From an uncultured Chloroflexia bacterium (GTDB lineage Bacteria > Chloroflexota > Limnocylindria > Limnocylindrales > CSP1-4), in assembly GCA_963837215.1 (NCBI GenBank), contig CAWIML010000006.1:2271-66270 (forward strand): a DNA stretch of 64,000 nt. Reading direction: 5' to 3'. Shown in pieces: positions 1 to 11,961 of the stretch. The translations under genes and the position numbers were made by a program. How positions within the stretch are numbered: the stretch's first letter is position 1; each line of letters opens with the position of its first letter. The notes beneath the pieces were generated by a model. The model worked only from the letters and a program-made list of their open reading frames with translations. It made no database searches and was not told where the DNA came from.

Positions 1-1278
1 TGCCGGCGGTCGTGCCGAGGAACGGGTACTTGCGGATCTCGACGATGTTGACGCCGGCGCTGGCCAGCGGGGAGCACGCCAGGCTCGCGAGCGGGTGAGC
101 TGGCCCGAAGCCTGTAAGGGTCGCCCTGTATGACCCGCCGCGTGCACGTCTCCGCCAGGCCTGCAGGAAGGGCATCGAGGAGGGTCGTCTCCGACGGGTT
201 CGGGAAGACGTCCTCGGTCGCACTCGGGGCCGCATCGGCCGAGGCTGACGATGCTGCGGCGCTCACCGACGGGCTGCCCGTCGGCGACGTCGTCAGCCAT
301 CCGGCGCCGACCGCGACCCAGGCCCCGGCAGCGAAGAGGAGGACGAGGGCGAGGAGACCGACGGCGATGAGCGGCAGGCGCCCGCGCTCGCGAGACCCTG
401 ACGAGACCGTATAGGTCCCCGTCAGCCCGAGCGCTGCGTCGAAGGTCCTCGACGAAGGCCGCGCAGCTCGGGTAGCGATCGGCGGGTGCCTTGGCCATGC
501 CACGGGCGACGACGGCGTCCACGTCGATCGGCAGCTCGGGTCGTCGGAGGTGGAGGGATGGCGGCGCATCGTGGAGATGCGCATTGATGACGGCGACGTC
601 GGCATCGCGACGGAAGGGCGGCGTTCCGGAAAGCGCCGTGACGGCGACACCCGCCAGGGCGTACTGGTCGGCCTGACCGTCGACGGCTCGTCCCTCGATC
701 TGCTCCGGCGCGATGTATTCGAGGGAGCCCAGGAAACCGCCCATCTGGGTCAGGCCGGTCTGCGAGCCTCGCTGCTTCGTCAGCCCGAAGTCGGTCAGAT
801 AGGCGTGGTCCGCGCCATCGGAACCCTGGCCCGCGGCGATGAGCACGTTCGCTGGCTTCACGTCCCGGTGGACAAGCCCTGCGGCGTGGGCGGCATCGAG
901 CGCCGAAGCAAGCTGGGTCAGGATGGCGGATGCGAGGCGCGGTGCCAGGGCTCCCTGGACGAGGCGCTGCTGGAGGTCGGTGCCCTCGACGTAGCGCATG
1001 GCCAGGTAGTACGTGCCCTCGATCTGGCCCGCGTCATAGATCGGGATGATGTTGGGGTGGTCGATGGATGCGGCGAGCTTCGACTCGCGCAGGAAGCGCG
1101 CCCGGAAGGCCTCGTCGTCAGCGTAGTCGGGCGTCAGCAGCTTGAGCGCAACGCGACGGTCCAGACCGGCGTGCGTGGCGAGGTACACGACACCCATGCC
1201 GCCGCGGCCGATGACCGACTCGATGTGATAGGGCCCGAGGTCCGTGCCCACACGAGGGTCGAGGCGCGGTCCCGTCAT
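1..1278 (-). CDS. Membrane Ser/Thr protein kinase, tandem paralog 1 (3' end runs off the window; needs about two frame changes as assembled)
   Basis: The minus-strand reading frame is open to the window edge, so it has no stop here and is absent from the ORF track. Start ATG at 1276-1278: MTGPRLDPRVGTDLGPYHIESVIGRGGMGVVY. Motifs HRDVKPANVL, DFG and APE are present. The TM helix (LPLIAVGLLALVLLF) and the ectodomain (FPNPSETTLLDALPAGLAETC.., ..PLASLACSP..) continue in other frames, with shifts near ~445 and ~100. Confidence 0.8.
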   Translation of the reverse strand, partial: MTGPRLDPRVGTDLGPYHIESVIGRGGMGVVYLATHAGLDRRVALKLLTPDYADDEAFRARFLRESKLAASIDHPNIIPIYDAGQIEGTYYLAMRYVEGTDLQQRLVQGALAPRLASAILTQLASALDAAHAAGLVHRDVKPANVLIAAGQGSDGADHAYLTDFGLTKQRGSQTGLTQMGGFLGSLEYIAPEQIEGRAVDGQADQYALAGVAVTALSGTPPFRRDADVAVINAHLHDAPPSLHLRRPELPIDVDAVVARGMAKAPADRYPSCAAFVEDLRRSARADGDLYGLVRVSRARAPAAHRRRSPRPRPPLRCRGLGRGRRRMADDVADGQPVGERRSIVSLGRCGPECDRGRLPEPVGDDPPRCPSCRPGGDVHAAGHTGRPLQASGQLTRSRAWRAPRWPAPASTSSRSASTRSSARPPA

Positions 1279-2841
1279 GGCGCGATGAACCTGGCGGTCT
1301 GCTCGAACCAGTCGTAGAGCGCCGCCGACTCGCCGCGCTGGTTCGTGGCCTTGACGATGATCGCGTCCGCGTCGTACGTCCACCATAGGATGGCATCGCC
1401 GGTCGACCCCTCCGTGTAGCACAGGATGGCCCCGACATCGGCATCAGCACGCTGCCATCGTCCGTTGGCGCGCTTGCTGATGGCGCAGTCTCCGGGTTGA
1501 ACAGGTGGGCCAGATGCGGAGAACCCTCCACCGCCGACGTATGAGATGACGCCGCCCGGGTAGCCATTCCTGGCCGCATCCGGCCCGAAGCTCCGGATCA
1601 GCGACCGATGAGGCGCCCGCGGTCACACCTGGCGTGCACTCGAGGCTCGCGATCGGGGTGCGAGGGCCGTTGTTGCCCAACAGGGTGTTGTATCTGCCGC
1701 GTTGGCAGCTGACCCTGAGCGTCGTCTGGTAGCTGTTTGAGCAGGGACTTGCTTCGGCCGTATTGGGGAAGATGTCCTCGGTCGGCGAGGCGTCGACCGA
1801 GGACGAAGGCGACGTGGCAGCCAGGCTGCCCGGGGCGCTCGAGCTCGGACCGAGTCCACCGCTCGACGCCATGACGAAGGCGGTCAGTGCGACCAACCCG
1901 AGGATGACGAGCACTCCGACGATCAGGGGCGCGCGCAGGTCTTGACCCGAGGTTCGCTGCGTGGTCGCCCTTGGGAATGTCGCGGTCACGCCCACGGCGT
2001 CGCGGAGCTCATCGACGAAGGCGCGGCAGTCGGGATAGCGATCATCGGGCGCTTTGGCCATGCCCCGGGCGATGACGGCGTCGGCCTCGATCGGCAGGTC
2101 TGGGACGCGCAAGTGCACAGACGGCGGCGCATCGTGGAGGTGGGCGTTGATGATGGCCACGTCCGAGTCGCGCGGAAAGGGCACCTGGCCGGTCAGGCAG
2201 GCGACGGCGATCGCGGCCAGGGCGTACTGGTCGGCCCGCCCGTCGACCACCCGGCCCTCGATCTGCTCCGGCGCGATGTAGTCGAGCGTGCCCAGGAAGC
2301 CGCCCATCTGGGTCAGGTCGGTCTGGGACCGCGCTGCTTGGTCAGCCCGAAGTCGGTCAGGTACGCATGGTCGGCGCGGTCGGCGCCCTGGCCCGAGGCC
2401 ATGAGCACGTTGGCGGGCTTGACGTCGCGATGGACCAGGCCGGCCGCATGGGCGGCGTCGAGGGCGCCGGCGACCTGGGCCAGCGAGCGAGACCGCCGCC
2501 GCGGTGGCGAGCGGACCGGCTCGCAGCGCGTGGCGAGGTCGACGCCCTCCACGTAGCGCATCGCGAGGTAGTAGCGTGCCGTCGAGCGTCACCGGCGTCG
2601 TAGATGGGGACGATGTTCGGCGTGGTCGATGCGCGGCCGCCAGCTTCGACTCGCGCAGGAACCGCGCCCGGAAGCGCCTCGTCGTCGACGTAGTCGGGGC
2701 TGAGCAGCTTCAGCGCGACCTTGCGGTCCAGCCCGGCATGGGTGGCGAGGTAGACGACGCCCATGCCGCCCCGACCGATCACAGACTCGATGTGATAAGG
2801 CCCGAGGTCGGTGCCGACGCGGGGGTCGGGACGCTGCGTCG

Positions 2842-2845
<4 letters not shown>
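1275..2845 (-). pseudogene. Ser/Thr protein kinase, tandem paralog 2, heavily frameshifted
   Basis: Start ATG 2843-2845 (MTTQRPDPRVGTDLGPYHIESVIGRGGMGVVY). Stop TGA 1275-1277 (..ALYDWFEQTARFIAP*). Kinase motifs are scattered over track ORFs 2357..2845, 2313..2561 and 1444..2592, and the last ~110 codons lie in an unlisted frame. By eye about ten frame changes are needed, some in compensating pairs. Confidence 0.75.
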
Positions 2846-4389
<1,544 letters not shown>

Positions 4390-4393
<4 letters not shown>

Positions 4394-5949
4394 GGCGCGA
4401 TCGACTCGCGATTGGCGATCCACCAGCATGAAGCGCGGCGTTGCCGTCGCCGATCGAGGGCGGTGGCCCTGTAGACGACCCAGGTTGTCTTCCACCGTCC
4501 AGGTCAGCTCCGAGCGCGCCACCGTCGCCCGACGGCCGGGGCACAGATAGCGCCGCCGTAGACCTCCGTGAGTCCGGGACCCCGCCAGCCACCGAACGCG
4601 CGATCTTGCGGTCCGCGCAGTCGCCTTCGACGACACCTGCAGGCCGTGGCCAACGCCTGGATGACGTCCGAGCCGCGGAAGTCGGTCATGAGCGGCAACA
4701 GCACAGACTTCGACGAGTGTCCGGGCCCTGACCCGCCGAGGAGGCGGCAGACGACGTGGGCACGAGGTTTCACCGCGGGGCCCTGGCGCGTCGGGAGCAA
4801 CGCGCCGTCGCCTCGGGAGCAATCGGGCGCGCTCTCCGGTGGCAGCGACAGGATGAGGCTGGACTCGAGCAGCGTGGGGAAGGGATCGCCGGTCGGTCCG
4901 CCCGACGCCGATCCAGTGACCGACGCTGACGGCCCTTCGCCGACTGCGCTCTGCGATGGGCTCGCCTGCCCCGCCCGGAGGACGAGGAGGCTGATCGCTC
5001 CGACCGCTACCACCGCCACGACAACAAGCAGCCCGATGAGAAGCGGCCACCGGTTGGACCTCGCCGTGGGCGGTACCGGATGCTGCTCCGAGGCCCTGAC
5101 TCCGAGTGCCTGACGAAGCGCGCCGACAAAGGCCTCGCTGGTAGGGAAGCGATCATCGGCCCTCTTGGCCAGGGCTCGGGCGAATACCCGATCGACGTCC
5201 GGCGGCAGCTCCGGGCGAAGCGACGTGGCAGCCGGAGGCTGCTCGCGGAGGTGGGCCATGGCGATGGCGATGTCCGTATCACGCGGAAAGGGCGTGGTCC
5301 CCGTCAGGCAGTGGAACGCGACGCATGCCAGGGAGTATTGGTCGGTCCGCCCATCCACCGGCCGGCCTTCGACCTGTTCCGGTGCGATGTAGTCGAGGGT
5401 GCCCATGAATGCCCCCGACTGGGTCAGTCCGGTCTGCGATCCGCGGTGCTTGGTCAACCCGAAATCGGACAGGTAGGCATGGTCGGCCTTCTCCACGCCC
5501 TTGCTCGAGGCGATCAGGATGTTGGCCGGCTTGACGTCTCGGTGGACGAGGCCCGCTTCGCTGGCGGCGTCGAGGGCGGAGGCGACCTGCGCGAGGATCC
5601 GGATCGTATCGCGCGGCTCGAGCGGCCCGGCCCGCAGACGGGTCTCGAGGTCGGTCCCGTCGACGTAGCGCATGGCCAGGAAGTAGACGCCCTCGACCTG
5701 GCCGGCCTCGTAGATGGGCAGGATGTTGGGGTGATCGATGGCCGCCGCCATCTGCGACTCTCGCACGAATCGCGCTCGAAAGGCCTCGTCGTCGACGAGG
5801 GCGGGGGCCAGTACCTTGAGGGCCACTTTGCGCGCCAGGCCGACCTGTTCGGCGCGGTAGACGACGCCCATGCCGCCTCGCCCGACGACGGCTTCGATGC
5901 GGTAGTTGCCAAGGTCGGTGCCGACGCGCGGGTCCGGCGTTCCGCTCAT
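4390..5949 (-). CDS. Membrane Ser/Thr protein kinase, tandem paralog 4 (C-terminal ~60 codons in other frames)
   Basis: Track ORF 4504..6102. The likely start is the internal ATG 5947-5949 (MSGTPDPRVGTDLGNYRIEAVVGRGGMGVVY), which overlaps the stop of kinase 5 (ATGA). The conserved tail (..ELTWTVEDN.. then ..VVYRATALDRRRQRRASCWWIANRESIAP*) lies in two other frames. Stop TGA at 4390-4392. Confidence 0.8.
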
Positions 5950-7492
5950 GGGGCGGCCTCGATGAAACGGGCGTCCGTGTTCCACCAGTCGTAGAGCGCG
6001 GTGCTGTCGGTGCTGTCGGTGCCGTCGCGGCTTGCCGAAGCGAGTACACGCGCATCGTCGTACGACCAGTACAGCCATGACGTACCGGAAGCCTGATAGC
6101 ACAGCATCGCACCCTGTTCATCGCCGCCCGCCGACCATCGCTGGAGCGCACGTCGTGCCGTGGCGCAATCGCTCTGTCCCGCGTTCACCGAGAGCGCGAT
6201 CACTCCGATGCGGCCGGCGACGGTGAAGACGTAGTTCCCGGAATAGCCGCTATACGCCTTGAGGTACAGACGACTCGCGCCACTGTCGACGGGCAGGTCA
6301 CAAGCGATGCTGGATTCCGGGGCGGCGACGCCTCGGCCGCTCTGTCCTTCATATCCTTGAGCGCTCTCATACGAGCCCCGCTCGCACGACTCGCGCATCG
6401 CCGGTGGCAGGCGGGCGATGAGCGCCTGTTCACCGGCATCGGGGAATGCCGACGACGAAGGAACCTCAGTCGCGAGACCGGGTGCGGACCCGCTGGGCGC
6501 GCCAGATGACGCGCCGCTTGGCCAACCACCGCCCAGGAGCATCGCACCACCCGCCAGGACGGCTACCAATCCGACCCCGGCGACGACCCACGGCCAGCGA
6601 CGCCCTGGGCGCAGGGGCAGCTGCCGTTCCTCCGTCGGACGCACACCCAGCGCCTGACGGAGTGCCGTGGCGAAGGCGACACACGACGGGTAGCGATCGT
6701 CGGGTTTCTTGGCCATGCCGCGCGCGATCACCGCGTCGAGAGCGTCCGGGAGCCTGGGGTCCGCGGCCGCAGCGGACGGCGGCGCGTCTCTGAGGTGCGC
6801 CATGAGGATGGCTGGGTCGCTGTCGCGCTCGAATGGCACCGCGCCCGTCAGGCATTGAAAGGCCACGCAGGCCAGCGCGTACTCATCGGCCCTTCCATCG
6901 ACCGGCTTGGCTTCGAGTTGCTCCGGGGCGATGTAATCGAGCGTGCCCATGAACGACCCTGCACGCGTGACGCCGGTCTCGGAACCTCGGTGCTTGGTCA
7001 GCCCGAAGTCGGTCAGGTACGCATGGTCGGGCCGATCCGGGCCTTTGCCCGACACGATCAGGACGTTGGCGGGTTTGACATCACGATGGACGAGTCCCCG
7101 CTCGTGGGCGGCATCCAGGGCACGGGCGATCTGGGAGACGACATGGACGGTCGCCTCGGGCGTCAGAGGCCCCTGGCGCAGGTGGGACTCGAGATCGGTG
7201 CCTTCGACATAGCGCATCGCGAGGTAGAAGACGCCCTCGATCTCACCGGCCTCATAGACCGGGACGATGTTGGGGTCGTCGATCGACGCCGCCAGGCGAG
7301 ACTCGCGAATGAACCGCGCCCGGAAGGCCTCGTCATCAGCCAGCCCTGGCGAGAGCAGCTTCAATGCCACCGCCGGTCAAGCCGAGTGTCAGCCGCGAGG
7401 TAGACGACGCCCATGCCGCCGCGCCCGATGACGGCTTCGATCCGATACGGTCCGAGGTCGCTGCCGACGCGCGCGTCCGGCGTTCCGGCCAT
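5946..7492 (-). CDS. Membrane Ser/Thr protein kinase, tandem paralog 5 (one frame change near codon 40)
   Basis: Track ORF 5946..7370 begins at ..ALKLL. The N-terminus MAGTPDARVGSDLGPYRIEAVIGRGGMGVVYLAADTRLDRR is encoded at 7492-7373, one frame away (single-base shift in cggcgg(g)tggca near 7372). The kinase motifs are complete, followed by a TM and an ectodomain ending ALYDWWNTDARFIEAAP*. Confidence 0.85.
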
Positions 7493-7518
7493 CGTCCTCG
7501 TCCCCTCCGCGTCCGTGC

Positions 7519-8253
7519 TCAGCTGCTCATGGCTCGGACGTCGACGACGACGACCGTGATGTTGTCCGGGCCGCCGGCCGCGTTGGCGCGCTCGACCAGA
7601 CGCTCGGCCGCCGACTGGGCGTCTCGTTCACTGGCAAGGAGGGCGGCGATGGCCGGATCGTTCAAACAATTGGTCAGTCCGTCGCTGCAGAGCAGCAAGC
7701 GGTCGCCGGCATCGAGGATGGCCTCGGCCGTGTCGATGTCGACATCGTCGATGCTCCCGAGGGCGCGCATGATCACGTTGCGGCGCGGGTGTACCGCGGC
7801 TTCCGCGGCAGTCAGGTAGCCCTCGCGCACCAGCTGCGCGACGACGCTGTGGTCGTCGGTCAGCTGGGTCAGACGGCCCTCATGGAAGTGATACGCGCGT
7901 GAGTCGCCGACGTGCGCGATGCGGGCGACCCGCCCGCGGACGACCGCCGCGGTGCAGGTGGTGGCCATGCCACGCAACCTCTCGTCCTCCTGCGACGAGC
8001 GCAGGATGATGCCGTTCGCTTCGTGCATGACCTCCACGAGCGTGGCGCCGTCACCCGAGGCGATCTCGGGTGCCCGGGTGGAGAGCGTCGTCACGGCCAG
8101 CCGGGCCGCCACCTCGCCGCCGCGATGACCGCCCATGCCATCCGCGACCACATAGAGGGGTGGCGCTACGAGGTACGCATCCTCGTTTCCGGGGCGGACC
8201 ATGCCGGCGTCCGTAGCCGCCCCGGCGGTGATGGTCAGGATCTTGGTGCTCAC
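7519..8253 (-). CDS. PP2C/PPM-family Ser/Thr protein phosphatase
   Basis: Intact 244 aa ORF. Its GTG start overlaps the upstream stop (GTGA 8250-8253). Motifs RPGNEDA, ADGMGGH, LLLCSDGL and GGPDNITVVVV are present. Confidence 0.9.
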   Translation of the reverse strand: MSTKILTITAGAATDAGMVRPGNEDAYLVAPPLYVVADGMGGHRGGEVAARLAVTTLSTRAPEIASGDGATLVEVMHEANGIILRSSQEDERLRGMATTCTAAVVRGRVARIAHVGDSRAYHFHEGRLTQLTDDHSVVAQLVREGYLTAAEAAVHPRRNVIMRALGSIDDVDIDTAEAILDAGDRLLLCSDGLTNCLNDPAIAALLASERDAQSAAERLVERANAAGGPDNITVVVVDVRAMSS

Positions 8254-11200
8254 GTCGTGGCCCCGGCCCCGAGGCCGTCCAACGCCGCCAGGCGTCCACG
8301 CGCCGCGGCGGCAGAGACGACATCGCCCTTGCGCTCGAACGCCGTGGCGGCCTTCTCGAATGCGGCGCGGGCCATGGCCGTCTCACCGCGTGCGAGGTCG
8401 GCCGCGGCCAGCGCGGCTTGCGCCTGCCCGCGCAGCTCCAGGCTGTCGGTCTGGCCCGCCAGTCGGGCGGCCTCGTCCGCCAGCCGGCGCCCCTCCGTCA
8501 CGTCACCGGTGGCGATGAGTGCGCTGGCTCGGGCGATACGCCACGCGACCTGCGTGCCGAGGTCGTCGGGGGCTGCGGCCGCCTCGGCGACCTTCGTGGC
8601 GGCGATGGCTTCCGCCTCGCGGCCGAGCTGGTAGCGGGCCTGGCCGAGCAACGCCGCGGCCATGCCCAGGTTCGTCCGCTCGCCCATCGCCTGGAGATCG
8701 GTGACCGCTGTGGCGAGGGCCGCCTCGGCAGCGGCAGGCTCGGCCGCCAGCAGCTCGACCCAGCCGGCCACGATGGCTCCTTCGGCGGCGTCGAGCCGCA
8801 GTCCCATCTCGTCGCATAGGCGTCCATGCTCGACGAGGCGTTGTCGCGCGCCCTCGATGTCGCCAGTCATCGCGCTCAGTCCGGCCAGGGCGGGGAGCAC
8901 GGCCCGTTCGACGATGCGGTTGCCGGGCGCCTCGGCCCGGATCCGCTCACAGCGCGCGATGCCATCCACGGCGGGGGTGGGGCCGAGGAGGGCGGCCGTC
9001 GCCAGCAGCCCCAGGCTCCGCGCCTCTTCCCGTGTGTCGCCCGCCGCGCGCGCGTGGACGATGGCCCGCTCCAGCTCCGCCTCCATCGAGCGGATGTCGC
9101 GGCGCGTGCGATAGACGATGGCCAGCCTCCGACGCGCCTTGGCCATGCCCAGCTCGTCGCCGCGTGCCTCGAAGAGCGGGATGAGCCGCTCCACCTCGCG
9201 CTGCGTCGCCTCGGCGACGCCATCCGGGTCGGTGAAGAAGAAGAGGTGGAGCCGGGTCAGCGAGGTGTAGGCCTCCTCCACGTCGCCGCCCTGGCGCGCC
9301 GCCTCCTCGGCCCCGGAGAAGACCTCGGCCGCACGACGAAAGTCGCCTTGCTCGGTCAGCGCCGAGCCCATCGCCGCCAGGATCGACGCCCGACCCGGTT
9401 CGTCGGCCGGCAGGAGCTCCGCGGCGCGGTCGAGCAGCCCGACCGCGGCCGGCAGATCACCGCGTGCCAGGGCCCGACGCCCGGCCGCCGCGAGGTGGCC
9501 CGCTCCGCGAACGGCCGCCTCGCGATACGGCCCATCGAGCGGCCCGAGCTCAGACCGGAACCGCGCTGCCTGCTCCTCGTGGTGGCCGACGATGGCTTCG
9601 ATCTCGGACAGTCGATCGGCGCTCGTGCGCTCCAACCAGTCCGCGAAGCGGAGGTGGAGCTCAGCGCGCTCCTCCTTGGAGAGCGTGTCGTAGGCGGCGT
9701 CCCGGATGAGCGCGTGCCTGAAACGGAACGCGTCGACGAAGAAGCCGGTCGCGCGGTCCGGCCGGATCAGCTCGCGGCGGACGAGATCTGCCAGCCGCTG
9801 GGCCAGCTCAGCGCGCGCATCGTCGTCGAGCAGCTCGGTCACCGCGTCGCGCCAGAAGACCCGCCCGATGACCGACGCTCGTTCCATGACCATGCGGTCG
9901 CCCTTCGCCAGCCGATCCAGGCGCGCGGCGATCAGGGCGGCGATGGTCGGCGGCACGGCGACGCCGGTCAGGTCTCCCTCGACGACCCAACGGTCACCAT
10001 CGAGGCGCAGGACACCGTCGTCCACGAGCATCGCCACCAGCTCCTCGACGAAGAGCGGGTTGCCTTCGGCGGCGTCACTGATCCGCCGCCGCAGGCGCAT
10101 GTCGAGGCCGGTCTCGCCGACGAGCTGCGCCACGAGTTCCTCGGCCTCGATCTCGCTGAGCGGCTCGAGCAGGATGGTCGTGGCGTTGAGCTTGCCGCCG
10201 CCCCAGGCCGGCCGGGTGTCGAGGAACTCCGGGCGGCCCATGGCGACCAGGAGGATGGGGGCATCGCGGATCCAGTCGGTGGCGTGTTCGATGAGATCGA
10301 GAAGCGTCGGAGCGGCCCAGTGGAGGTCATCGATGACCACGACCAGCGTTCGCTCGCGGGCGAGCGTCTCGAACAGGCGCCGCACGGCCCAGAACGTCTC
10401 CTCGACCGGAGCGTCGGCCTCGATCAGCCCGATGGCCTGGCCGATGCGCTCGGCGACCTGATCGGCATCGGGGTCGTCGCCCAGAAGGGCTCGAAGTCGG
10501 GCTCGTGCGACCTGCGTATCGTCGTCCGCCTCGATGCCCGCGGCCGCCCGGACGATCTCGCCGATGGGCCAGAAGGTGATGTTCTGCCCGTATGGCAGGC
10601 AGCGACCTCGCAGGATGAGCGCCTCGCCCGCCTCCTGGTCGAGGAAGGCGGCAACCAGCCGGCTCTTGCCGACGCCCGCCGTGCCGAGGACCGTGAAGAG
10701 CTGGCAGGCGCTATCCGACTGCACGCGCTCGAACGCCTGGGCCAGGAGCCGCAACTCGCGGACGCGACCGACCAACGGGGCGTCGAGGCGCCGCAGGTGT
10801 GCGGGGGCGTCGCGATCGACACGCCAGGAGCCGGAAGGCACGCACGGGCCCCGACTTGCCCTTCAGCTCGAGCTCGATCGGGTCGTCCACGGTGACCGCG
10901 TCCCGGACCAGGCGGTAGCTCGCCTCGCCGAGCATGATCTCGCCGGGCTGCGCGGATTGCTCCAGGCGCGCGGCCACATTGACGGCGTCGCCGGTCACGA
11001 ACGACTCGCCGGCCGACGGGTCGCCGGCCACGACCTCGCCGGTGTTGATGCCGGTCCGCAGGCCGACGCGCACGCCGTGGTCGCGGAGCATGTCGGTATT
11101 GATGGCCTCGAGTGCCTCGTTGAGCTCGCTCGCCGCGCGAACGGCGCGCAGGGCGTCGTCCTCGTGGACGACGGGCACGCCGAAGACGGCCATGACCGCG

Positions 11201-11469
11201 TCGCCGATGAACTTCTCGACCGTGCCCCCGTGGCGCTCCACGATCTCCCGGGCGGCCGCGAAGGTGCGGCCGAGCATCCGGCGCATCGACTCCGGGTCGA
11301 GCCGCTCGCCCATGGCCGTCGAGCCGGTCACGTCGCTGAAGAGGATGGTCACCGTCTTGCGCGTTTCGCGCGTGGTCTGCGGTGCTCCGACGGGCAGCGG
11401 CGAGCCACAGCTGCCGCAGAAGCGGAAGCCGTCCGGGTTCGCCCCACCGCACGAACCGCACGTGGCCAT
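8250..11469 (-). CDS. Zn-ribbon / class III adenylate-guanylate cyclase / STAND (AAA) ATPase / TPR-like multidomain protein (one frame change near ~10845)
   Basis: Track ORF 10711..11469 encodes a CGSCG..FCGSCG zinc ribbon and then the cyclase motifs ILFSDVTGST, KFIGDAVMAVFG, TGINTGEVV and GDAVNVAARLE. Track ORF 8250..10841 encodes Walker A GTAGVGKSRL, Walker B LVVVIDDLHWA and a long Ala/Leu/Arg-rich helical-repeat C-terminus. The two parts are contiguous by homology logic. Confidence 0.85.
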
Positions 11470-11652
11470 GCCGGGCAGTGTACGCAGGGGGGCTACGACC
11501 GCAGTCCGATTGATGACATCGCAGCCTGCGCGGTGCCTCGGGGCCGGAACGTGGCGCGGACCTTCGGCGGCGCCAGTGCGGACCTTCGGCAGAGGTGGAC
11601 AGCGGCGGGAACGTGGTCTAGACTCGGCGGACGCTCAACCGGGAGACAGATC

Positions 11653-11865
11653 GTGGGTTCGCAGAACACGGGCAAGGACTTGGTCGCCGTCGCCGTGACG
11701 TCGGATGGCCGCCGCGTGCCGGTTCGCTACCAGGAGACGATCCCCGCTGACGATCTCGCGCTTCGCGACCTGCTTCGACTCGTCGGCCTCGGCCTTCTTG
11801 GCCTGATCGGCCTCATTACCGGCTCCCGGCGGGAGCCCGGAGGGAGACGAGGAGAACGCCGCTAG
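11653..11865 (+). CDS. Possible ilvB leader ORF or small membrane peptide (70 codons, Leu/Val/Ile-rich tail)
   Basis: A GTG at 11653 is preceded by GGGAGA. The tail reads ..LALRDLLRLVGLGLLGLIGLITGSRREPGGRRGERR*. The stop lies 28 nt before the terminator-like hairpin. Only the last 70 codons of track ORF 10534..11865 lie outside the antisense of the cyclase gene. Confidence 0.3.
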   Translation: MGSQNTGKDLVAVAVTSDGRRVPVRYQETIPADDLALRDLLRLVGLGLLGLIGLITGSRREPGGRRGERR

Positions 11866-11892
11866 CGACGGCACCACGTCAAGACCCACGGG

Positions 11893-11923
11893 ACCCTCGC
11901 CGGGAGGCGGGGGTCTTTTGTTG
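11893..11923 (+). terminator. Intrinsic-terminator-like hairpin in the ilvB leader (candidate attenuator)
   Basis: The 5' arm ACCCTCGCC, GGGA loop and 3' arm GGCGGGGGT form a 9 bp stem with one G-U pair. CTTTTGTTG follows, and the hairpin sits 39 nt upstream of the ilvB ATG. Confidence 0.45.
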
Positions 11924-11961
11924 CCCATCAACGACCAAGTCCTGGAGGCGATGACCGAGCG

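Noticed and set aside
8826-10895. 689 aa plus-strand ORF
   Set aside because: It lies antisense to the cyclase-STAND-TPR gene, whose products have clear Walker and cyclase motifs. The plus-strand translation is Arg/Gly/Asp/Pro-rich with no recognisable motif, a typical shadow ORF of very GC-rich DNA.
10534-11652. 443 aa plus-strand ORF 10534..11865 as a real protein
   Set aside because: Its first ~370 codons lie antisense to the cyclase domain gene. Only the last 70 codons (11653..11865) lie in intergenic DNA, and these were kept as a low-confidence leader ORF.
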